Positions 19,777 through 29,987 of a stretch of 64,000 nt of DNA are shown here, in pieces. The stretch lies in assembly GCA_963667845.2 (NCBI GenBank), contig CAXXVL010000002.1, positions 2,176,001-2,240,000 on the forward strand. Direction: 5' to 3'. The notes beneath the pieces are model-generated. The model was not told the DNA's origin. It was given only the letters and a program-made list of their open reading frames with translations, and did not search any database. The position numbers and the translations under genes were made by a program. The DNA comes from Smithellaceae bacterium. GTDB taxonomy: Bacteria; Desulfobacterota; Syntrophia; Syntrophales; Smithellaceae. How positions within the stretch are numbered: the first letter of the stretch is position 1; each line of letters starts with the position of its first letter.

Positions 19777-19911
19777 TCAGTGGATCAGCCCGAGAATGCC
19801 GATGATAATGAGATAAATGGCAACGATATAATTCAATAGTTTCGGGAAAATGAAAATCAATATTCCCGCGATCAGAGAAACCACCGGTTGCGGCGCTATG
19901 GCAAGTTGCAT
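19777..19911 (-). CDS. DUF3096-family small membrane protein (44 aa)
   Basis: MQLAIAPQPVVSLIAGILIFIFPKLLNYIVAIYLIIIGILGLIH*; absent from the ORF track. Confidence 0.88.
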   Translation of the reverse strand: MQLAIAPQPVVSLIAGILIFIFPKLLNYIVAIYLIIIGILGLIH

Positions 19912-19977
19912 GGTATCCGGTCTCCTTTCTCAGCTCCGAATGAGCCGGCATTTTTTCAATTTCAGGGCCTGTAATGC

Positions 19978-20178
19978 TCACTTGGGGCCGATTTCGATAT
20001 TTCCTTTACTCCTGCTGCTGGTAACCGCGAGCATGATGCCGATACCGATGGCAATCATGACCGCAATCAAACTCCATGCCGCACCGATGCTGGCCAGAAC
20101 ACCCATTTTCCAGAGCGCGGCCCCAATGCCGCCAATCAAAACAACATATCCGATAAGATAAACACCGGTCCATTTCAT
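19978..20178 (-). CDS. Small two-TM membrane protein
   Basis: MKWTGVYLIGY... after a GGAGG RBS; first gene downstream of cassette 3. Confidence 0.75.
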   Translation of the reverse strand: MKWTGVYLIGYVVLIGGIGAALWKMGVLASIGAAWSLIAVMIAIGIGIMLAVTSSRSKGNIEIGPK

Positions 20179-20270
20179 GACAACCCTCCTGTTCAATATC
20201 TGGTAAACTCCATGCGTATTCCCGGAAGGGACCTTCCTGCGCATGACAAATATAATCATACAAATATGAT

Positions 20271-20420
20271 AGCAAGTAGTCTGCCAACAGCCCCAAGGAG
20301 AGCCGGTAAATTTGATTAATGATTTAATAACCGGTTCTTAGATCGGGAGGAGAGAACCACAGTAAGGCCTAAGCTGATTCACCAGGCCTCAATATGCGGT
20401 GGAACCTCAGTATATTGAGG
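20271..20420 (-). promoter_or_regulatory. Sigma-54 promoter cassette 3
   Basis: TTGGCAGACTACTTGCT (20287-20271); IHF-like TAACCGGTTCTTA at 20328; UAS CCTCAATATGCGGTGG at 20387 and CCTCAGTATATTGAGG at 20405. Confidence 0.9.
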
Positions 20421-20516
20421 CCTGCCGTTGTTTCAGGTGATGCGGTTGTTTTCTGGGGGTCAACCTAATACTCTGTTGTTAGAGGAGTATTTCTGAATTT
20501 TGCTTTTTCCTATTGG

Positions 20517-20533
20517 ATGGCAAGCCATTTGCA
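20517..20533 (+). promoter_or_regulatory. Divergent sigma-54 promoter sharing the cassette 3 enhancer
   Basis: ATGGCAAGCCATTTGCA (GG-N10-GC), 97 bp from the UAS end; near-identical to the cassette 2 box. Confidence 0.8.
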
Positions 20534-20696
20534 AAGATGTATTCCATGAAAAAGGAAAATATCTTTGTCCGCAGTTTTATGTTTGCCGCTTTTATGCTGA
20601 TTCTCACCTTTGTGGTCTGTGCATCGTCGCTCAAACGCGGGGGCACAATGCGGAGATAGATAGAAATCAGTTTACTTGACTTAAACGGAGAAGATC

Positions 20697-21914
20697 ATGA
20701 AAAGAAGGACAACAAATCCAGCCGCAGGATCGCCTGACCTCCAGATCACGCGGTCGGGCGATCAGGTTATCCGCTGCCTGTGGATAGCCCTGGTGATTTC
20801 GCTTTTGATAATGTCCCATCATCAATCTGCCCTGGCCCTTTCCGTCTCAGACCCTGCGAGCCCTGTCCCCGCTGCGGCAATGAAACTTGTCGGGTTCGGT
20901 GCTGATCCCAACGCCGCGCTGGATGCTCAGGCCATTGCTGCGCTTGTGGATTTTGTTCTCGAACCCAAGCCCAATAAGGAAGCCGAGCTCCAAAAAGTCC
21001 GGAAAGCCACGGGCGCCTATTATGAATTCGACACAAGGATCAATTTTTCCAGTTTCCTGCAATACGCCTACAACAGCCAGATCCCGTCGGTTCTTACGAG
21101 TCCGGCATCCCTCCGCTATTCCCTGTGGACAGGCGTCCGGGGGGAAATCCAAAAATTGCCCGTCAGCTGGAAACTGGTCTCGCCGAATTCCAAGCCTGTA
21201 ATCATTCGCGGATCAGAGCGTGATGGTATTACTCCGGATCTCACCACCGGCGTCTACTATGAATACAATCTGAAAAGAACGCTCATTCTTCTCAATTACA
21301 AGGGAAGGCAGGTGCTGATTAACATTTCCAACCAGATTGCCGTATCCGATGTAGGTAAAAAGGGTGTCGTTCTCGGGAATGATAATGATTGGAATTACTA
21401 TTACTCGAGCGAAACCGGGTCGGCCAAAACAGGTTTGGGCTGGATTAAATCATACATCTACGACTATTTTTCCGTGGGTGTTTATGTGGAGTCAGGCTCT
21501 TCGCCATCCGGGGTCAGATCCGGTACCTTTCAATGGATTCGGGCCGGATGGTCCGGAATCAATTTTGTCGAGACGAAGCATGTCATCTTGGGGATGAAGC
21601 GTCATGCTAATAATTTCAAAACAATCCTCGAGTCTCCAAAATTGCCCGCACCAAACCAGATTGCCTCGACGTATCAACAGCTCCTGGCTTCACCGCAGAA
21701 TGATTTACTGGAAAAATATACCGCCCTGCAGCAGGCGCGACAGTCCCTGGCCATTCAGAGCGGTCAGATCGAAAAAAGTAACACAAGAAAGACAGACTCC
21801 TATGCCCGCACACCGAAGGAACAAATCGTTGAAGAATTGATGCTGGAATATTTGAAAATCATTTTGGGCAAGACACCTCTTTTAGGGGAAAAAGTTGTAT
21901 TAGGGAAAAATTAG
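20697..21914 (+). CDS. Hypothetical exported protein
   Basis: 405-aa ORF, GGAG RBS, hydrophobic signal-like segment. Confidence 0.7.
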   Translation: MKRRTTNPAAGSPDLQITRSGDQVIRCLWIALVISLLIMSHHQSALALSVSDPASPVPAAAMKLVGFGADPNAALDAQAIAALVDFVLEPKPNKEAELQKVRKATGAYYEFDTRINFSSFLQYAYNSQIPSVLTSPASLRYSLWTGVRGEIQKLPVSWKLVSPNSKPVIIRGSERDGITPDLTTGVYYEYNLKRTLILLNYKGRQVLINISNQIAVSDVGKKGVVLGNDNDWNYYYSSETGSAKTGLGWIKSYIYDYFSVGVYVESGSSPSGVRSGTFQWIRAGWSGINFVETKHVILGMKRHANNFKTILESPKLPAPNQIASTYQQLLASPQNDLLEKYTALQQARQSLAIQSGQIEKSNTRKTDSYARTPKEQIVEELMLEYLKIILGKTPLLGEKVVLGKN

Positions 21915-21984
21915 TCCGTTATCCCTTGACCGGTTTTGCCCGTCTTACCGGCCAGATCATCAAAATTTCTCTCTCGCCCTTTCA

Positions 21985-22623
21985 TCACCGTCTTTGGACA
22001 AGGCTGGCAATCAGCAACATCTCAAAGGAAACCTGATCCGCTTTGAATGCCGCGGCCTTTTTGCCTATTCTGATAATATTAATATGGTTAATGGCATCAC
22101 CTTGCCTGATGGCATTGACAACATCCTGTCCTTCTATCACGCGGCCAAAGACCGTGTGTTTGCCGTCCAGCCAGGGTGTTTTGGTATGCGTAATAAAAAA
22201 CTGAGACCCATTGGTGTCCGGACCGGCATTGGCCATAGATAATATGCCCGGGCCATCATGCCGGAGCGTCGAATAAATTTCATCGGGAAAAGTGTAGCCG
22301 GGTCCGCCCGTACCGTTTCCCTTTGGATCACCCCCCTGAATCATAAAATCCGGAACGACGCGATGGAACGTCAGCCCATCGTAAAAGCGGACGCCCTTTC
22401 CCCGGTTGGAATCCTTGGTGCCTTCGGCCAGACCGACAAAGTTTGTGACCGTCAGGGGTGTCCTCTCAAATTCCAGCTTGACGATGATATCCCCTTTAGA
22501 GGTCATTATTTTTGCGTAAAGCCCGTTGGGAAGCGGCGGATTTTCACCGGCAAGGCTCTGGGCCGCCGTAAATATAAAAAGTAAAAGGACCGCTATAAAA
22601 GAAAACCATCTCATCTGTTTCAT
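21985..22623 (-). CDS. Periplasmic cyclophilin-type peptidyl-prolyl isomerase
   Basis: [41 protein letters not shown]; signal peptide. Confidence 0.95.
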   Translation of the reverse strand: MKQMRWFSFIAVLLLFIFTAAQSLAGENPPLPNGLYAKIMTSKGDIIVKLEFERTPLTVTNFVGLAEGTKDSNRGKGVRFYDGLTFHRVVPDFMIQGGDPKGNGTGGPGYTFPDEIYSTLRHDGPGILSMANAGPDTNGSQFFITHTKTPWLDGKHTVFGRVIEGQDVVNAIRQGDAINHINIIRIGKKAAAFKADQVSFEMLLIASLVQRR

Positions 22624-22671
22624 GCTTTTTCACCTCCTGAAATACCGGTTTTGTGTAACAAAACAGTGGCA

Positions 22672-24384
22672 CTATGCTGTCTTGAGACGTCCTTTTGCAT
22701 CAAGACAGTTCTTTTTCATGTCCCGCCACAACTTGATTCCCATGCTTCTATGCTCGCCCAGTATCTGCCTGAGCATGCCCCGCTCCGTGTTGGGGTTGAT
22801 GGTGACGGCGCGGAGCACGACGATCTTTCTTGGGGCGTATTTTGTGGACTCTATCTGGGTGCGCGATACGAACGACATATCATGATCACGGATGGTCTTG
22901 TGCAGTTCTATGTTCAGATCGTTGATCAGCGAGTTTATGGCGGTGATGCGCGCCGAGTTCTTTCCGGGATTCTTCATAAGCTTGCTAAGCCCGGATCTCA
23001 GCTCGTCGGGAATGAACCGGTAATTGATGATAAAGAGCTCAGGGGTGTTCATCAGTTCGAAAAGAGGATCCCGTTCGATGAATTTCACGAAGGTGTTTTG
23101 CAGGTCGCGCGCATGGTCAAACAGGAGCTTGTAGCCGGTTTTGCCGAAAATCTTGATGGATGCCCAGGGTTTGAGGCAGGCAAAAGGCCGTGAACCCTCA
23201 ATGGTGAATCTTCCCTGGTCCACGGAGCCTTTGCGGATGATGTAGTTTGATGTATGATACAGGAATCTGGAGTCATCCATATTTTTGAATACGCATATCC
23301 CCAGGCTGTTGGGAACGTAAAGGAGCTTATGGCCGTCCATGGTCACGGAGTCGGCCTTCTCGATGCCCCGCATCATCTCCCGCGCGCCATCCATCATCAG
23401 TGCTCCGCCGCCCCATGCCGCGTCCACATGGAAATGGGCGCCAAGCTCGTGCGAAATTTTAGCCAGAGCATCAAGGTCATCAATGTTGCCCGTCTCTGTT
23501 GTTCCGGCGATGCCGATGACGGCAGCGAATTTGGTTGGTTTCCCGGCGACCTTGTCTTCTTTTCTGATCTTTTCCACAATGTTTTGAAGTTTGCGGATAT
23601 CAATTTTATTGATGCCGGGTTGGACGGGAATACGGACGACCCCCTGATCGCCGATGCCGAGGATGGTGCCCGCTTTGCTGATCGAGTAGTGCCCGCGCCT
23701 GGAAACAAGGAAGAGTGCCTGTCGGTAACCGTAGTGATCAAGTGCGCTGGCGAGCCCTTCAGCCCGGATCCCCTTGAAGCCCTTGTGATCGGGTGGAAAC
23801 GCCTTGGCCATGGCCAGCGTCAGGCCCGTCAGGTTGGCGATTGTTCCGTCGGAGGTGATATTGCCCAGAGCAATTTTCGGGTTCTGGATGTTCTTCTTAT
23901 AAAAAGCAGGCGTGTTGTTATAGACGAGGTTATGAATCCAGCACAAAAATTCTCTTTCTAAAAAGGATGATGCCTTGGCGCTCTCGATCTTCACCTGGTT
24001 TTGGTTGAGGCTTACGGCAATCATTTCCAGCAGAATCATGAAATAGGGAACAGCGCTGGTCATGTGGCCGATATAATAGGGATTGGCCACCTTTACCGAA
24101 TGCTTGACAACATTACGTTTGATCTCGTCCAGGACATCTTTGATGAGATGAGGATGGTCGGGCATTTCGATGGTGTTGAAAATTTTTGCCAGACCTTCCA
24201 TGGAGATGGAAGAATGGATGCCGCCTTTCTCTTGAAAGAAATCGTGAATCAGGTCGATCAGATGAACGCCGAACTCCACAAATCTGTCCGACGAGTCGGG
24301 CATGATGAAGAGCTTCCGCATATACGCCGGAGTGCTTTCAATCGTTTTTTCTATTGTTTCTACGCCGAGTTTGAGTGACTCCAT
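22672..24384 (-). CDS. panP: PLP-dependent group II decarboxylase, probably aspartate 1-decarboxylase
   Basis: HVDAAWGG, DGHK (PLP lysine), GHMTSA, NQNQVKIE, FVSRT typical of PanP. Confidence 0.75.
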   Translation of the reverse strand: MESLKLGVETIEKTIESTPAYMRKLFIMPDSSDRFVEFGVHLIDLIHDFFQEKGGIHSSISMEGLAKIFNTIEMPDHPHLIKDVLDEIKRNVVKHSVKVANPYYIGHMTSAVPYFMILLEMIAVSLNQNQVKIESAKASSFLEREFLCWIHNLVYNNTPAFYKKNIQNPKIALGNITSDGTIANLTGLTLAMAKAFPPDHKGFKGIRAEGLASALDHYGYRQALFLVSRRGHYSISKAGTILGIGDQGVVRIPVQPGINKIDIRKLQNIVEKIRKEDKVAGKPTKFAAVIGIAGTTETGNIDDLDALAKISHELGAHFHVDAAWGGGALMMDGAREMMRGIEKADSVTMDGHKLLYVPNSLGICVFKNMDDSRFLYHTSNYIIRKGSVDQGRFTIEGSRPFACLKPWASIKIFGKTGYKLLFDHARDLQNTFVKFIERDPLFELMNTPELFIINYRFIPDELRSGLSKLMKNPGKNSARITAINSLINDLNIELHKTIRDHDMSFVSRTQIESTKYAPRKIVVLRAVTINPNTERGMLRQILGEHRSMGIKLWRDMKKNCLDAKGRLKTA

Positions 24385-24543
24385 ATTCAGAGGCTCTTCC
24401 TTCCCTGAGCGGTAAAGATTACCTATACCATAACGCAGACATTGGTAAAGAGGAGAATGTATTAAAAGTTTCCGGATAGATCGACGTTGAGTCAGCAGGC
24501 CCGTTGTCAGTTGCGTAATTTAAGGGGAGAGGTGCAATTATTT

Positions 24544-24664
24544 CACGCTGCAAGCGGCCGTGCAGTCCATGATAGGTTCAGTTCATTAACCCTTTGCATA
24601 GCTGTAGATTTCCTCGGAGGATGCCCGCTGCCGAATTCGAATCTCCCCGCCGCAAGCAGCGGAG
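24544..24664. repeat. Two GCAAGC-core imperfect hairpins (possible IS200/IS605-derived remnant)
   Basis: cacgctgcaagcggccgtg and ccccgccgcaagcagcggag. Confidence 0.4.
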
Positions 24665-24675
24665 AAGGCCTGGGG

Positions 24676-25752
24676 CTAAAATATCCGCGTTTCCCCAAAT
24701 TTCATGATCAGGAAGGAATCGTCGGCCAGGGAGGTCTCTTTCATGGCTTTTTTCAAATAAAGGGGCGGCTCACCGAGCGGTTCGTCGGTTATGTAAAAGG
24801 TTCCCCAATGCATGGCAATGGATTGCTGGGCCTGCAGATCCTTGTGGGCGGACACGGCGTCCGGCGGATCCATATGGATGGTCTTCATGAACCAGCGCGG
24901 CCGATAGGCTCCGATGGGCAGGAACGCCACGCGCATCGGTCCCAGCCTTTCCCTGATTTCCTTGAAATGGGGAGAGTATCCCGTATCACCGGCAAAGAGT
25001 ATCTTCGCGCGTTTCGTCTCCAGGACCCATCCCGCCCAGAGCGTCTTATTGCCGTCAAGAGCGGTTCGCCTGGAGAAATGCTGGCTCGGTATGGACACAA
25101 TGCTGATGCCTTTGAACATCGATGAATCCCACCAATCCATCTCCACATAGTTTGTAATCTTCTGATCAAGGAACCACTGTCCAAGCTTCAGAGGAATAAA
25201 ATACTTTGGCGAGTTTCCCAACTTTTTAACCGTGAATAAATCGAGATGATCATAGTGATTGTGACTGATGAGAACGGCATGGATCGGCGGCAGGCGATCA
25301 AAAGGTATCCCGGGAGGACTCCTCCTTGCGAAACCTATGCCCAGCGGCGATGATCTGCTGTTGAAAATGGGATCCGTTAAAATATTGATCCCCTCAACCT
25401 GGATTAGGAACGTCGAATGGCCTATCCAGGTAACTTGTATTTTAGCCGGATCGGGATGATCAATCCGCCGATAATCCGGCGCGACAATATCCGGCACATA
25501 GGGGATTATCTGGGCAGGAGGAATGGCCGGTTGTTCATCAGGGACACGCCCCAGTTTCCAACGCAGAAAATCCGCGAATCCGTGTTCCGGATACTGATAA
25601 ATATTGCGAAAACCATCCAGGGTATGATGCGCAGGTGTCTTCTTTTGCTGCGGCGTTTCCGCCACCTGAGCCGCGTTGACGGTCAGGGAGCCACCCGCCA
25701 GAAGTGCCGCAAGAAACAAAATAAAAATAACGTGTCGTTTGATTGTTCTCAT
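24676..25752 (-). CDS. MBL-fold metallohydrolase (NAPE-PLD/RomA-like), exported
   Basis: WIGHSTFL, ISHNHYDHLD, AGDTGY, PIGAY, MHWGTF. Confidence 0.9.
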   Translation of the reverse strand: MRTIKRHVIFILFLAALLAGGSLTVNAAQVAETPQQKKTPAHHTLDGFRNIYQYPEHGFADFLRWKLGRVPDEQPAIPPAQIIPYVPDIVAPDYRRIDHPDPAKIQVTWIGHSTFLIQVEGINILTDPIFNSRSSPLGIGFARRSPPGIPFDRLPPIHAVLISHNHYDHLDLFTVKKLGNSPKYFIPLKLGQWFLDQKITNYVEMDWWDSSMFKGISIVSIPSQHFSRRTALDGNKTLWAGWVLETKRAKILFAGDTGYSPHFKEIRERLGPMRVAFLPIGAYRPRWFMKTIHMDPPDAVSAHKDLQAQQSIAMHWGTFYITDEPLGEPPLYLKKAMKETSLADDSFLIMKFGETRIF

Positions 25753-25880
25753 CGTAAAGCGTGTCTGCCTTTGATTATTCCTGCTGTTATGGAATATTCC
25801 TGAAAATAGTTGCCGGTTTGGAGAATGACCAGGAATTGAAAGTTTATTTCTACATTAGCAAGCCGATTTTCGGTGATGTT

Positions 25881-27272
25881 TTATAACCAGCGGTGCAACA
25901 AGTGTGCAGCCGCCTCTTTCATCTTTTGCGATAAAGGCCTTTTTTCCCACTCCTCCTTTAGAATCTGATCGGATTGGGCGAGGTCACTTACAAACATGCG
26001 CTCCATTTCTGCCGCAAACTCACGATTCAGGACAACCGCGTTCACCTCATCATTACTCAAGAGACTCCAATAGTCAAGGTTTGTGGAGCCGACCGTCGAC
26101 CAGATGCCGTCGATGACCGCCGTTTTCGCGTGCAGCAGGACGGTGCGGCGTTCATAGATATTCACCCCCGCTTTCAGAAGTTCGGCATAATTATGCCGTG
26201 CTGCGCTTAAGACCAGTGACGAATCGGTGGTTGAGGGGAGAATAATTTTGACGTCAACGCCGCGCCGGGCAGCATCCTTGAAGGCATCCAAGATCTGATC
26301 GTCCGGGATAAAGTACGCATTGGTCAGATGAATGGAATGCTCCGCATACGTAATGGCGGCCGCATATGCGATAAACGTGATTCGGTTGTCAGTGCCGGGT
26401 GTACTGCCCACGATACGCACCAGGGCTTTTCCGCTTTCTTTCAGATCCGGTAAATAGTTGTGCCCGGCAAGTGCCGGTCCCTTCTGCCGGGTCCAGGTTT
26501 CTAAAAAAAGTTTTTGGACTTCAATGACAGCAGGTCCTTCAATTTGAAGATCCGTATCACCCCAGGTCAGAGACTCTCCCTTGGCTCTTTTTCTTCCCGA
26601 AAGCCTGCCCGAGTAGACGCTGCTGATATTGATGCCTCCGATGATGGCGACTTTGCCGTCAACAATCAAAATCTTGCGGTGGTCCTGGCGCATCAGGAAC
26701 CAGCTTCCGGGAGCCTTGAACGGGCTTACCGGATTGAATTCGACGACCTGAATTCCCCCGTTCCTCAGGCGTTTGAAAAAAGATTCGGGCGTTGTGATGC
26801 TTCCCACACTGTCGTAAATGATGTTGACCTGAACGCCGTCGGCCTGTTTTTTCAAGAGCAGGGCGGTAAATTTAGCGCCAATCTCATCATCTTCGATAAT
26901 GAAGGTTTCGAGGTTGATATGGTCTTTGGCATTCCGGATGGCTTCGAACATTGCGGCATAAGTAGCCGGACCATCAATCAGCATGGAAACTTTGTTTCCC
27001 TTGGTCAGCGGGCTTTCCGTAACCGATTCGACAACGGCCGTGTAGCGCTCCAGCAGGTCCGTCGGGTTGACCGATTTCTTCAGACGCTCCATGATGGCCT
27101 GGCTTTTTTGGGGGGACAAAAGCCCTTTCGAGGAAACGATCTGGCGAGGTTGCTCATCCGTTTGCGCCTTATCCATCTTGTCCGATACATTCGGCAGGGT
27201 TGCACATCCATGGCCCAGAGCCAAGACGGATGCGAACAAAAAGAACAAAAAAACCAGTTTGAGGATTTTCAT
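25881..27272 (-). CDS. cls: Cardiolipin synthase (phospholipase D family, ClsB-like)
   Basis: Two HxKxxxxD motifs, HRKILIVDG and HAKTAVIDG; lipoprotein-like N-terminus. Confidence 0.9.
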   Translation of the reverse strand: MKILKLVFLFFLFASVLALGHGCATLPNVSDKMDKAQTDEQPRQIVSSKGLLSPQKSQAIMERLKKSVNPTDLLERYTAVVESVTESPLTKGNKVSMLIDGPATYAAMFEAIRNAKDHINLETFIIEDDEIGAKFTALLLKKQADGVQVNIIYDSVGSITTPESFFKRLRNGGIQVVEFNPVSPFKAPGSWFLMRQDHRKILIVDGKVAIIGGINISSVYSGRLSGRKRAKGESLTWGDTDLQIEGPAVIEVQKLFLETWTRQKGPALAGHNYLPDLKESGKALVRIVGSTPGTDNRITFIAYAAAITYAEHSIHLTNAYFIPDDQILDAFKDAARRGVDVKIILPSTTDSSLVLSAARHNYAELLKAGVNIYERRTVLLHAKTAVIDGIWSTVGSTNLDYWSLLSNDEVNAVVLNREFAAEMERMFVSDLAQSDQILKEEWEKRPLSQKMKEAAAHLLHRWL

Positions 27273-27416
27273 CGGTTTATCCTATTAAATAAAATTTCAT
27301 GGCCATCGTTGATAAGGCGAGTTGCCTATTTCAATTTCATGCTTAAACTAAGCATAATCATTGATCGTGAATTGAAAAGAGTCCCGGCCAAGGTGTTGGT
27401 AAGGGAAAGGCAGCAA

Positions 27417-28403
27417 ATGAAGCAAATGAAGTCCGTCCCCAAAGCATTTAAACCGCTTTCCCGGACGTTAAAATGGTTGCAGCGGTTCAGTCCAAAACGC
27501 AGATATCGCCAGATGCCGGCCGGTTCTTTTTCTAATCGGTTGCCCGGTACCGGTTTGAATATCAATATTATGAGTTTTAATATCCGGCGCGGAACAAAGC
27601 AGGATGGCAAAAATCACTGGATATTCCGCCGTGATCTGGTGAATGAGATCCTGAGGCACTATCACCCCGATGTCCTGGGCCTGCAGGAAGCTCTGGATTT
27701 TCAAATTGCCGAAATCCGCGCCATGCTTCCCGGGTATGAGATGGTCAACATCATCAGCTCGGGCGACAATAAAGTCCTGCACAACGCCATCTTTTACAAT
27801 GCGGCGCGTTTCAATATTTCTGAAGAAGGGACTTTCTGGTATTCGGACACCCCCGATAATCCGGGATCTAAAGGGTGGGGGAATATCATGCCGAGAAACT
27901 GTACCTGGGCGCGCCTGATTGAAAAAGAATCCGGACGGGCTTTTTATTTCTATAATACCCACCTGAATCACCTTTCGGAACGTTCACGGAAGAAAGGCGT
28001 TATCCTTTTGACCCGGCGCATTCAGGCACGGTCTCATCCGGACGCTTTCGTCTTAACCGGTGATTTCAATGCCACAGAAAAGAGCGTGCCGATAAAATAT
28101 TTAACGGGCAGAGCTCTCATCAACACCAAAGCGGAAGGAAAGGTGCAAAACCCCACCCCTTTAATGGACACTTTCCGGGTGCAGTACCCGCATCATCGCA
28201 ATGCGGCCACCTTCCATGGGTATCGGCGGTTTCTTTTCCGTTTCAAGCTGGACTATATTTTTGTTCCGTCCACCGTCAGCGTGCAGGATGCGCAAATCAT
28301 TCAACTGCGGCAAAAGAGGCGCTACCCCTCCGATCACTTTCCGCTTTTTTCGCACATTCATTTTCCGGAAGCATTGTCTGACCCCATTCATCAGGCTCAT
28401 TAA
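27417..28403 (+). CDS. Endonuclease/exonuclease/phosphatase family protein
   Basis: MSFNIR, LGLQE, NTHL, GDFN, LDYIF, PSDHFP; start trimmed from ORF 26514 to avoid overlap with cls. Confidence 0.88.
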   Translation: MKQMKSVPKAFKPLSRTLKWLQRFSPKRRYRQMPAGSFSNRLPGTGLNINIMSFNIRRGTKQDGKNHWIFRRDLVNEILRHYHPDVLGLQEALDFQIAEIRAMLPGYEMVNIISSGDNKVLHNAIFYNAARFNISEEGTFWYSDTPDNPGSKGWGNIMPRNCTWARLIEKESGRAFYFYNTHLNHLSERSRKKGVILLTRRIQARSHPDAFVLTGDFNATEKSVPIKYLTGRALINTKAEGKVQNPTPLMDTFRVQYPHHRNAATFHGYRRFLFRFKLDYIFVPSTVSVQDAQIIQLRQKRRYPSDHFPLFSHIHFPEALSDPIHQAH

Positions 28404-28449
28404 TGGCGCATCAGCCAATCACTTTAAAATATTCTGCGGGAGATACAAT

Positions 28450-29745
28450 ATGTTAAAAGAATTTTTAAGAAAGTTCTCTTTTTTGATCCTGAGTATACTC
28501 CTTGTCAGTTGCGCCGCTCAAAAATCCGTAACCCCGGCGAACGTCGCAGACGTCAATGCGTCATTGAATTCGAGCCGGCCGGTCCCCGGGGCCGATAGGG
28601 TTATCGCTGAAAAACCAGGTGCCGGTCTCGCGGTTCAAGCTGTTGAAGTTGAAAAAGGGGTGAAGCCCGTAAAAGAAACCGGCAAAGCTTCAGGAGAAAC
28701 GGTCGTATCCAAAGCCCAGCCGGCGCCGGAAAATGTTTCCATCGCGCTTACTGTCCAATTTGATACCGGCAAAGCAAACATCAAAGCAAAGTATCACGAT
28801 GACCTTAAGCGCGCTGCCGTCCTGATGGAAAAATACCCCTCGGCGGCGGCGGTGATTGTCGGGCATACCGACAATGTCGGCAGAGAAGCGGTCAATGTTA
28901 AACTTTCCTACCTTCGCGCCGCCAATATAAGATCATATCTGGCCTCGAACTTTGGAATCGACCGTTCGCGCATCAAGGTGATCGGGTACGATGATCAGAA
29001 ACCCATCGCCGAAAACAAAACAGCCCGGGGAAGGCAGGCAAACCGCAGGGCTGAAATTCATATGGATGCTCAGACTCCCGGGAAAAGTTTATTCTCATAT
29101 TTTGACGATTCCGATTTTCCGAAAGGCGGCTTTTCGATAGTGAATCAGGAATCAATCGATGCCAAGGTTAAATCTTTTGAAGGGAAAGAAGGCACCGCAG
29201 ATCATTTATCAAGAATGGTTAAAGCGCCCACGCTGGAACTTTATAAAATGTGGGGCGGTGTTTTTTCTCACTGTGCCATTCGTATCGAAACAGATCCGCA
29301 CTCATTTTATCAGATCGAGCTGCAATCGCTGCCTGATTTGCAAAAAGCAGGCATGAAAGATTATCACCGGATAGATGCTGCAATCGCTCTATTCGGCGCG
29401 ATCAAAGATCAAATGGATGTCGTGGAATTTACCGACAAAGATGAACGGAAAAAATTGGACCCTAAAGAACCCCCTTATGCAACCATGCCGATTTGTGTTG
29501 AAAAACAATCCGCCGTGAAATCAACCCGGTGGTATCAGGATTGCCTGAGTAGCTATGCGGGAAGTTACAATCCTGAGCACATGTTGAAAGCAGGAAAACG
29601 GACAAAGGTATTTGAATATAATCCGGTAACCCACAATTGCTGCAACTTTGCCGAAGAGGCGCTGAAAGCCTGTGGACTGGCGCATTGTTTTGATCTGGGG
29701 AAAAGCACCGGCCTCGATCACAAAACCGGCCCGCTGGAAGAATAG
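28450..29745 (+). CDS. Lipoprotein with an OmpA C-like domain plus a putative permuted papain-like domain
   Basis: Lipobox LVSC; GHTD..LSYLRA..NRRAE; C-terminal HCAI...YNPVTHNCCNF. Confidence 0.75.
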   Translation: MLKEFLRKFSFLILSILLVSCAAQKSVTPANVADVNASLNSSRPVPGADRVIAEKPGAGLAVQAVEVEKGVKPVKETGKASGETVVSKAQPAPENVSIALTVQFDTGKANIKAKYHDDLKRAAVLMEKYPSAAAVIVGHTDNVGREAVNVKLSYLRAANIRSYLASNFGIDRSRIKVIGYDDQKPIAENKTARGRQANRRAEIHMDAQTPGKSLFSYFDDSDFPKGGFSIVNQESIDAKVKSFEGKEGTADHLSRMVKAPTLELYKMWGGVFSHCAIRIETDPHSFYQIELQSLPDLQKAGMKDYHRIDAAIALFGAIKDQMDVVEFTDKDERKKLDPKEPPYATMPICVEKQSAVKSTRWYQDCLSSYAGSYNPEHMLKAGKRTKVFEYNPVTHNCCNFAEEALKACGLAHCFDLGKSTGLDHKTGPLEE

Positions 29746-29849
29746 CGCTGCCCGGTTTTTTGACAAAGCGGCCTCGAGCGCCGTCTATTGGTTGGCAGGG
29801 GTCCGGGGTTGTGCGGCTTACATCTCTGCCTGTCTTTGCCCGACGGCGA

Positions 29850-29987
29850 TCACTTCTTGATGTCTTCCACCGCCTTATCGACTTTCTTGCCCGCACGCTC
29901 CAATGGGCCCTCCTTACAACAAGACAGCCCCGCAATAAGGGCGATGATGGCCAACACGGCGATGATCCGTTTGCAATATTTCAGCAT
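29850..29987 (-). CDS. Small lipoprotein (45 aa)
   Basis: MLKYCKRIIAVLAIIALIAGLSCCKEGPLERAGKKVDKAVEDIKK*; AAGGAG RBS; absent from the ORF track. Confidence 0.8.
   Translation of the reverse strand: MLKYCKRIIAVLAIIALIAGLSCCKEGPLERAGKKVDKAVEDIKK

Noticed and set aside
20546..20659. 37-aa hydrophobic ORF after the divergent sigma-54 box
   Set aside because: No RBS (it would be leaderless) and no recognisable family; cannot be supported.
26514..27416. N-terminal extension of the EEP ORF
   Set aside because: Overlaps cls on the opposite strand; EEP motifs begin only after 27417.
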